Assembly (NCBI RefSeq): GCF_000025925.1
Contig: NC_014033.1
Location: 150,001-182,000 of the forward strand
Direction of reading: 5' to 3'
DNA: 32,000 nt
From: Xylanibacter ruminicola 23
GTDB lineage: Bacteria; Bacteroidota; Bacteroidia; Bacteroidales; Bacteroidaceae
This document shows positions 18,582 to 24,728 of the stretch, one piece after another. Numbering within the stretch: position 1 is the first letter of the stretch; every line of letters starts with the position of its first letter. The position numbers and the translations under genes were made by a program. The notes beneath the pieces are model-generated. The model searched no databases. It had not been told where the DNA came from and was given only the letters and a program-made list of their open reading frames with translations.

Positions 18582-18869
18582 TTACGCATTCTCCTCAAAA
18601 AGCTGTCTATCAAACTCCTCGGAAGAAGTCCAATGTACCTGTCCGTTTCTTAAATTCTCTTCAAACTTATCTATACTTTCAATAGCCTCTTTTTCTGATG
18701 AAGGGCCAATGATGGGATACTTTTCCCAGTTCAGATCGTCAATCCAGTCGTGGACGGCAGTAATGCCATCTACCGAGTTCGAAGCAACGCTTGCTGCTGC
18801 AGCTGTAGGTTCGCATGCCATGTTGGTATTGCTTTCCTCTTCGATTTGTGGATATCTTTTTTCTTTCAT
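18582..18869 (-). CDS. Hypothetical acidic protein (95 aa)
   Basis: MKEKRYPQIEEESNT... from ATG 18869. A TATTTTTG -7 box on the minus strand lies just upstream (plus-strand CAAAAATA near 18887-18894). No family recognised. Confidence 0.5.
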   Translation of the reverse strand: MKEKRYPQIEEESNTNMACEPTAAAASVASNSVDGITAVHDWIDDLNWEKYPIIGPSSEKEAIESIDKFEENLRNGQVHWTSSEEFDRQLFEENA

Positions 18870-18961
18870 TGCGCTTTGTTTTATGGTACAAAAATAAAAC
18901 ATTATTTTGTAATACCAAAGTTTTTACTACTTTTTAAACCTTGCATAAACTATTGTTTCGT

Positions 18962-18988
18962 AAATGTACTAATGTACCAATGTACCAT
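18962..18988. repeat. 27-bp GTACC-word block AAATGTACTAATGTACCAATGTACCAT, copy 1
   Basis: Identical 27-mer at 27700-27726 in direct orientation, plus a related inverted copy at 27521-27542. Confidence 0.95.
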
Positions 18989-19092
18989 TGTTGATAGAGT
19001 CAGATTAAGCATAATTACTTCACAATTAGCCAGTTTTGTGCAATTATATATATTTTTCTGTTCAAAAACACATTTCATTTAATATTTCTTCG

Positions 19093-19100
19093 TATATTTG
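19093..19100 (+). promoter_or_regulatory. -7 promoter box TATATTTG upstream of the protease gene
   Basis: TAnnTTTG match in AT-rich DNA, ~150 nt upstream of ATG 19249. A 30-codon ORF (19142-19234) lies in the leader. Confidence 0.4.
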
Positions 19101-19248
19101 TACACGATACGTCTAATGAATGGCGCCAATAGCTAAAACGAATGGATATGGAAATACAATGCCTGTTTGAACAAGTACTCTATGAGATTGCACGCCACCT
19201 CGACGTGGATGTGAAAGAATTGTTTATGTCATAAAAAACTTATTGAAT

Positions 19249-19896
19249 ATGAACTATTTAATAAATCAGTGTATTTATCCAATTATGGATGGGATTGATG
19301 ATGTAGGACAGGGCTTTTTGGCTGATGGTTATTTTATAACAGCAGCACATATTATTAAGGACTGTCCTAAGTGTTTTGTCAAAATTGGAGGTATTACATA
19401 TAAGCCTATTGAATTTACTCCAGTATTTCAAGGAGAAAGGGATATTTGGAATGATGAGACTCAGCATGATGTTATTATGTATAAGTTTAATAAGGTTCCA
19501 AGTCCTTTGCATTTATCTGCAAGAAAGGTAACATTTGAAGACACTTTAAGAAGCTATTGTATGTCTGTCAGATATGATGATAAGAGTAACCTTTACTACA
19601 ATGAACTGTCTGTAGAAGAAGTTATACTAAAGAATCAAGGTACAGAAAACTATCTATGGTGTGAAGCTAATAGGTTTGAAGGTAGTAGTGGCAGTCCTTT
19701 ACTTATAGATAATGAAGTTGTAGGTATTATGCATAGTGGAAATAATAATGGTATATGTACATTTCTTAAGGTTAGATCCTTCATACTACCACCAGAACCT
19801 AGAAAATATAAACTCTTTGATAAACCTAGTGAGCCTTGGACTCCAGAATATTTCAACAAGAAGGCAGAAGAACAAATTAATGATGCATTTGAATAG
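19249..19896 (+). CDS. Trypsin-like (chymotrypsin-fold, Trypsin_2-type) serine protease with no signal peptide
   Basis: His motif YFITAAHII, Asp in QHDVIMYKF and Ser motif FEGSSGSPLLIDNEVVGIMHSG give a complete catalytic triad in canonical order. No N-terminal hydrophobic signal. ATG 19249 is preferred over TTG 19243. Confidence 0.75.
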   Translation: MNYLINQCIYPIMDGIDDVGQGFLADGYFITAAHIIKDCPKCFVKIGGITYKPIEFTPVFQGERDIWNDETQHDVIMYKFNKVPSPLHLSARKVTFEDTLRSYCMSVRYDDKSNLYYNELSVEEVILKNQGTENYLWCEANRFEGSSGSPLLIDNEVVGIMHSGNNNGICTFLKVRSFILPPEPRKYKLFDKPSEPWTPEYFNKKAEEQINDAFE

Positions 19897-19898
19897 CT

Positions 19899-20066
19899 AT
19901 GAATATATTTAATAAGTTGATTACCTATAATAAAGAAGGAAAATGTGAGAATCCTGTTGCTCTTAAAGAAAAACAGGAAAGAGAAAAGCTCGCTTATAGA
20001 GCAAAGACAATGGGAAGATGGCAAGTTTCAAAATTCTTAGAAGTTAGAAAATTCTATAGCAAATAG
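19899..20066 (+). CDS. Small basic ORF (55 aa), below the ORF-track cutoff
   Basis: ATG 3 nt after the protease stop: MNIFNKLITYNKEGKCENPVALKEKQEREKLAYRAKTMGRWQVSKFLEVRKFYSK. Supported only by position and open frame. Confidence 0.3.
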   Translation: MNIFNKLITYNKEGKCENPVALKEKQEREKLAYRAKTMGRWQVSKFLEVRKFYSK

Positions 20067-20193
20067 ATAATATGGGAAATATAAAAAAAGAAATGATGAT
20101 TCTAGTCTGGAGGATCATTTAAGATCCCTAAACTACAAGATTGTTCCTGACTATATCTATCAAACATCAATTCTGGGAATCAGTCGTTTAAGA

Positions 20194-20616
20194 ATGGGTA
20201 CTGATGGGCATGGTATAACAACATTGGTTGCCTTTAATGGCTGTCCTCTTAGATGTAGATATTGTCTAAATCCTGAATGCCTAAATACGAGTAAGAAAGT
20301 AAGACGTTTGCTTCCAGAAGAAGTAATGGACGAATTAAGAAAAGACGAAATGTTTTATTTAGCTACTAAAGGCGGAGTGACCTTTGGTGGTGGAGAACCT
20401 TTGCTGAATAGCCAATATATTAAGGATATTCTAGAATTGGGTGCCAGGAGTTGAAATGTTACAGTAGAAACCTCACTGAATGTTCCAAGAAAGCATCTAA
20501 AACTGTTATTGCCATATATAAATGAACACATCGTGGATATATTGGAGTATCCTGGATTCGATATAGTATGGGCAAAACATTGTGAAGACACAAATTGGTA
20601 TCCTAAATTTGAATAG
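20194..20616 (+). pseudogene. Radical-SAM activase-like gene (PflA/NrdG type) with an in-frame TGA and 3' truncation
   Basis: GTDGHGITTLVAFNGCPLRCRYCLNPEC (CxxxCxxC cluster motif) and GGVTFGGGEPLL (SAM-binding GGE). The TGA at 20452-20454 is followed in the same frame by NVTVETSLNVPRKHLKLLLPYINEHIVDIL... up to TAG 20614-20616. It aligns by eye to the first ~140 residues of PflA-type activases; the remaining ~100 residues are missing. Confidence 0.65.
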
Positions 20617-20658
20617 TTGTTGCGAAAAAATAGTATACTTAAAATTAAAAATATTATT

Positions 20659-21450
20659 ATGAGAACGAGCATTGTATTGTTTGTGATGGTGGCCGTAGTT
20701 ATCACTGCGTGTGTGCCAGGGGAAAAAGCCCCTATGCAAAAAGGTATCTTAAAATGCGAATCATCGTTCTTTGGAGATAGCACTGCCGTCTTTATGGCGA
20801 ATACCTTGCAAAATGGGTATAAAATATCAATCATCCACAATAAGCAGTTGGACTTAATACATTTCGAAAGAGGTGATTCTATAAGCCAATATTGTGCAAT
20901 TCATAAGCTCCCTTTCGACCTAAGATATTATGAAGAGGACTCAATCGGAGTCTTCCAAACCGAGTTGAACATCCCGGTTTTAAGATTAGATACATTGGGA
21001 GGGACTAAATATGCTCCTGATATGTTCTTTATGGACGTAAACTTTGATGGAGAAGAAGATTTTATTGTTGCACATGAAGGATATAATAGGACTTATTATG
21101 CCTGTTTCGATTTAGTTAATGGTAACAGATATGGTTCGTGCCCTGGGCTTCTCGAATCAAACAATGAACCGCCTTACAATAATATTGTCTCTGGTATTTA
21201 TGAACAGCCATCCTATACCGTCTTTGACCGAAAGAAAAAAGAAATCTACATAAAGGAAACTATGGGATGCTGTTCCTATTATGAAACATGGGCAAAATAC
21301 TTTGAAGGAGACAATTATGGTAATGAAGCAAAAGTAAAGATCACCAAGGAAGTACATCACGATTGGTGGGCTGATGGGACAGAGCATGTTGAAATATATA
21401 AGCTGATTAATGACTCCTTAAAATTGGTTGAAAACAAAGTCGTTGAGTAA
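20659..21450 (+). CDS. Lipoprotein, paralog family member 1 (FG-GAP-like FDG motif)
   Basis: Lipoprotein signal MRTSIVLFVMVAVVITAC. Motif DMFFMDVNFDGEEDFIVAH is shared with 23418-24365 and the C-terminus of 24729-26120. ATG 20659 is preferred over TTG 20617. Confidence 0.75.
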   Translation: MRTSIVLFVMVAVVITACVPGEKAPMQKGILKCESSFFGDSTAVFMANTLQNGYKISIIHNKQLDLIHFERGDSISQYCAIHKLPFDLRYYEEDSIGVFQTELNIPVLRLDTLGGTKYAPDMFFMDVNFDGEEDFIVAHEGYNRTYYACFDLVNGNRYGSCPGLLESNNEPPYNNIVSGIYEQPSYTVFDRKKKEIYIKETMGCCSYYETWAKYFEGDNYGNEAKVKITKEVHHDWWADGTEHVEIYKLINDSLKLVENKVVE

Positions 21451-21535
21451 ATACTCAGTGTTCAAAGGGATGCCCATTGCCATGTTTTTCTAATCGCAAG
21501 CCTTGCGGAGATTTGGAAGTGTGGAGATAGTTTTG

Positions 21536-21543
21536 TAATTTTG
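21536..21543 (+). promoter_or_regulatory. -7 promoter box TAATTTTG for the FtsZ-like operon
   Basis: TAnnTTTG match 25 nt upstream of ATG 21568, preceded by a small hairpin (CGCAA-GCC-TTGCG, ~21495-21507) after the upstream lipoprotein gene. Confidence 0.5.
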
Positions 21544-21567
21544 TAGCCAAATTAAATATATTGGATT

Positions 21568-22836
21568 ATGGGTGATACTTTACCATTTTTTGAGAACGAG
21601 ATTAAAGATACGATGCAAGGCATCATCAAAGTTGTAGGCGTTGGCGGAGGTGGCTGCAACGCTGTACGTAATATGTGCAACGAGGGCGTGGTGGGTGTTT
21701 CTTTTGCGGCCTGCAACACGGATAGTCAGTCGTTGAAAGGCTCGCCTGTTCCAGTAAAAGTCCTGATGGGTGAAGGCTTGGGAGCTGGCGGTGATCCTGA
21801 AATCGGCAAAGCTGAGGCTGAAAAGAGCTTGGACTCTCTTAAGAAGATTCTAAGCGATGGTACTAAGATGGTGTTTATCACTGCCAGTATGGGTGGTGGT
21901 ACAGGCACAGGCTCTGCGCCTGTTGTTGCCCAGGTGGCAAAAGAGTTGAATTTGCTTACTGTTGGTGTGGTGACGATTCCTTTCTATTTTGAGAAAAAAC
22001 AGAAGATTGTCAAGGCCTTGAAGGGCGTGGATGAATTGAGGAAATATGTGGATGCTATCTTGATTATCAATAATGAACGTCTGTGTGATGTCTATTCTGA
22101 TTCTGACATCTCGCTGAAAGAGGCATTTGGTAGGGCTGACAATATTTTGAAGGATGCCGTAAAAGGTATCTCGGAGTTAATCACAGTGCATAGTGAGGGC
22201 TCTATCAATCTTGACTTCCGTGATGTGGAAGCTACGATGAAGAATGGAGGAGGAGCTATCATGGCAATGGGACGTGCTAGTGGTGATCATCGTGTGGAAA
22301 AAGCGATTCTTGATGCACTGAATTCCCCTTTGCTTTATGGCAATGACATTGGCAAGGCCAAACGTATCCTATTTAATATCTATGCCAGTGAGGAGCATCC
22401 CATCTTCGTGAGGGAGATGCAGGAGATTGATGACTTCTTTGATCAGCTGGATCCTAATATCAGCGTTATCTGGGGTACTTCAACGGATGATACCCTGGGT
22501 GAAGATGCCAAGGTGACGATTCTAGCTACTGGATTGGAGGATGATATGCGCAAGGAGGTGAAATCGAATGTACATCGTACTGATGATGATTTCTATGAGG
22601 AATTGATTCCAATGCTATATAAGCCTGCAAAAAAGCCAACGCCAGCGAAAGTTCTTGTTCAGGAATTACCTTTTGAGGTAGAACCTGCCCCTGAGCCAGA
22701 ACCAGCTGTGGAGGAGCCAAAAGTGGAGGAAGAATCTGAGCTAGAACCTGTGAAAGAACAGGTGATAACAGAGTCGCCTACGGTTAGTAGATGGAAAACG
22801 TGGTTGAATAACATTATGAAGGATGTGACAGAATGA
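21568..22836 (+). CDS. Divergent FtsZ paralog (tubulin/FtsZ GTPase, full length)
   Basis: IKVVGVGGGGCNAV, NTDSQSL, GLGAGGDPEIG, tubulin signature MGGGTGTGSAPVVA, VTIPFYFEKKQK, T7 loop INLDFRDV, C-terminal domain ...NSPLL...VTILATG, a P/E-rich acidic linker, and the terminal peptide SRWKTWLNNIMKDVTE. Confidence 0.9.
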   Translation: MGDTLPFFENEIKDTMQGIIKVVGVGGGGCNAVRNMCNEGVVGVSFAACNTDSQSLKGSPVPVKVLMGEGLGAGGDPEIGKAEAEKSLDSLKKILSDGTKMVFITASMGGGTGTGSAPVVAQVAKELNLLTVGVVTIPFYFEKKQKIVKALKGVDELRKYVDAILIINNERLCDVYSDSDISLKEAFGRADNILKDAVKGISELITVHSEGSINLDFRDVEATMKNGGGAIMAMGRASGDHRVEKAILDALNSPLLYGNDIGKAKRILFNIYASEEHPIFVREMQEIDDFFDQLDPNISVIWGTSTDDTLGEDAKVTILATGLEDDMRKEVKSNVHRTDDDFYEELIPMLYKPAKKPTPAKVLVQELPFEVEPAPEPEPAVEEPKVEEESELEPVKEQVITESPTVSRWKTWLNNIMKDVTE

Positions 22837-23414
22837 ATGAGCTGCTAACACCAGAAGAGCGGGCACTGGAGGTAAAAAGACTCGTGAACCAGCTGCAGGC
22901 AGAGGGTAGGACAGACCTTTTGCTACATGCCATTGGTGTGCCCTTGCTTGAAGAACTGAGGATTGAGGCAGCCAAGGGGCGTTTGAGTCGACTGGTAATA
23001 ACAAAGGATTATCGTTTCATCTTAGAGGATTATCAAAAGGAGGTGGAGCTGCAGCCTGTTCATAAGGCTGTCTATCTGTTGTTCCTAGCGCATCCTGAAG
23101 GTATTGAATTTAAACGTTTGTTTGATTATCGTGATGAGTTACTTCGTTATTATATGGCAACAGGCAAGATGATGGATAAGGAGAAGGTGATAGAAAGTGT
23201 AGATCATCTAGTAAATCCTCTCGACAATGCCATCAACGAGAAGTGCTCACGTATCAAAAAGGTGTTTCTTGATCTTATGGATGTATATACTGCTAGTTAT
23301 TATATAATTAGTAGCCATACCCAGAAACAGTTTTCTGGTTCAGATCGCATATGGTATCAAAGATTGAAAAATATAACACTTCCAAGGGAATTAGTAATAG
23401 ATTATAATAGATGA
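22833..23414 (+). CDS. Unknown 193-aa cytoplasmic protein translationally coupled to the FtsZ paralog
   Basis: Its ATG overlaps the FtsZ-like stop (ATGA at 22833-22836). Predicted soluble and helix-rich. The segment VELQPVHKAVYLLFLAHPEGIEFKRLFDYRDELL weakly recalls an OmpR/PhoB-type winged helix (weak, by eye). Confidence 0.7.
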   Translation: MNELLTPEERALEVKRLVNQLQAEGRTDLLLHAIGVPLLEELRIEAAKGRLSRLVITKDYRFILEDYQKEVELQPVHKAVYLLFLAHPEGIEFKRLFDYRDELLRYYMATGKMMDKEKVIESVDHLVNPLDNAINEKCSRIKKVFLDLMDVYTASYYIISSHTQKQFSGSDRIWYQRLKNITLPRELVIDYNR

Positions 23415-23417
23415 AAG

Positions 23418-24365
23418 ATGAAGAAGATTTTGATATATTTAGTATTCCTACTTCTCCTTGGTTGTGGTAATAACAAGCAAGCGCGAGATGTCCAGAAAGA
23501 GACGAAAACAACTGGAGATTGTTCGTTCAAGAAGGAATATGTGTCTGATTCTACACCACACTGGGTGGAGAGGTTGAACGATATACCACTCCCGGATTAT
23601 ATGCAGGGCGATTCTTTGATTGATGTTTACTTCAAATATACCCAGGCAGTCAAGGGATATGAGGTGACAGGCAGATGGATGCCATACGATAAGTTAGCAG
23701 AAACAGGAAATGTGGTTGTCAACTTCCATCATAAGGAAACAGGAACTGAATTTCAGTACTTTGGCGAAAAATACCATTCATTCGATACTGATGATATTTC
23801 TTTTGCCAAGGATTTCAAAGGGCATAAAAATGGAGATATACACTATTTCAACTATACTTCCCCTGATACGATTGATATATACAAGGAGTATAATGATAAC
23901 TCGCCTATTGGCTATTACTCGTCATTTCAGTTCTTAGATGTAGATTTTGATGGGAATGATGAACTTCTCATATCTGATATGTGTAAAGGACGGGCTGGCA
24001 ACAATTATGAGGTGTATAAACTTTCTAAGGATGGCTTGCAGAAAGTGACCTATATGCCTTTAGGCGGATTGACGAATATGGACAAGATTGATCTTAAGAA
24101 TAAGACCATAACGATTTATCAGAATGATGGAGCCTATGATGAAGCTGAATTCTTTTTCTCATTTAAGAAGCGGCGAGTTGCAATTAAAGATATTCCAAAA
24201 TTCTATTCAGCCAGTGCAAGTTATTTTGACTTTGACAAATATAACAAGGAACTTGGCTCACCTTTCGTTTTAGATTCTATCAAGGAATACACGAAAACTG
24301 ATAGCGAACGACGTGTGACATATCAGGTTCGTGGTAGTAGGTTAGTGAAAAAAAGAAGAAACTGA
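23418..24365 (+). CDS. Lipoprotein, paralog family member 2 (FG-GAP-like FDG motif)
   Basis: Lipoprotein signal MKKILIYLVFLLLLGC. Motif SSFQFLDVDFDGNDELLISD. Starts 3 nt after the preceding stop. Confidence 0.8.
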   Translation: MKKILIYLVFLLLLGCGNNKQARDVQKETKTTGDCSFKKEYVSDSTPHWVERLNDIPLPDYMQGDSLIDVYFKYTQAVKGYEVTGRWMPYDKLAETGNVVVNFHHKETGTEFQYFGEKYHSFDTDDISFAKDFKGHKNGDIHYFNYTSPDTIDIYKEYNDNSPIGYYSSFQFLDVDFDGNDELLISDMCKGRAGNNYEVYKLSKDGLQKVTYMPLGGLTNMDKIDLKNKTITIYQNDGAYDEAEFFFSFKKRRVAIKDIPKFYSASASYFDFDKYNKELGSPFVLDSIKEYTKTDSERRVTYQVRGSRLVKKRRN

Positions 24366-24389
24366 TAATAATATAATAGACAAGAAAAG

Positions 24390-24692
24390 ATGGAAAAATT
24401 TTATTGGTCAAAACTTATATTGAACAAAAACGAAGCTGCTACAAAAAGTACCTTGATTAAATACATACTTGGTATAAAAGATAGTTCATCAATTACAGTT
24501 GAACAACTAAAATGCTTGACGCAAGAAGTTATTGATGGTACTGATCAGAATTATGATTTGAAGGTGTTTTTGGAATCTATAACAGATTTTGAAGAGGCTG
24601 CTAGTTGGTTAAGTAAAAATGCCTATTCTTTAGATATGTCAAGAAACCTTCTGGGGATAATAAAGCATCCTAAGGGCAAGAGAGGTCTTTAA
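24390..24692 (+). CDS. Unknown 100-aa protein
   Basis: Open frame in operon position (24-nt and 36-nt gaps to its neighbours), no signal peptide, no recognised motif. Confidence 0.55.
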   Translation: MEKFYWSKLILNKNEAATKSTLIKYILGIKDSSSITVEQLKCLTQEVIDGTDQNYDLKVFLESITDFEEAASWLSKNAYSLDMSRNLLGIIKHPKGKRGL

Positions 24693-24728
24693 TATGTTAA
24701 TTATAAGGACGTTCAATTAGATTTAATT

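Noticed and set aside
20452-20454. In-frame TGA in the radical-SAM gene as selenocysteine or programmed readthrough
   Set aside because: I could see no SECIS-like hairpin immediately downstream. The position aligns to a non-catalytic region, and the gene is also 3'-truncated. A pseudogene is the simpler reading.
19650-20840. Minus-strand ORFs 19650-20024 (124 aa) and 20355-20840 (161 aa) in the AT-rich island
   Set aside because: They overlap the protease, the radical-SAM remnant and the lipoprotein gene on the + strand. They translate to Ile/Phe/Ser/Leu-rich low-complexity strings expected from AT-rich antisense DNA.
21568-22836. Calling this ORF the housekeeping cell-division ftsZ
   Set aside because: There is no ftsA/ftsQ/mur context, the composition and codon choice are foreign-looking, conserved motifs deviate and the C-terminal peptide is atypical. 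It cannot be fully excluded without the rest of the genome, so it is reported as a paralog with that caveat.
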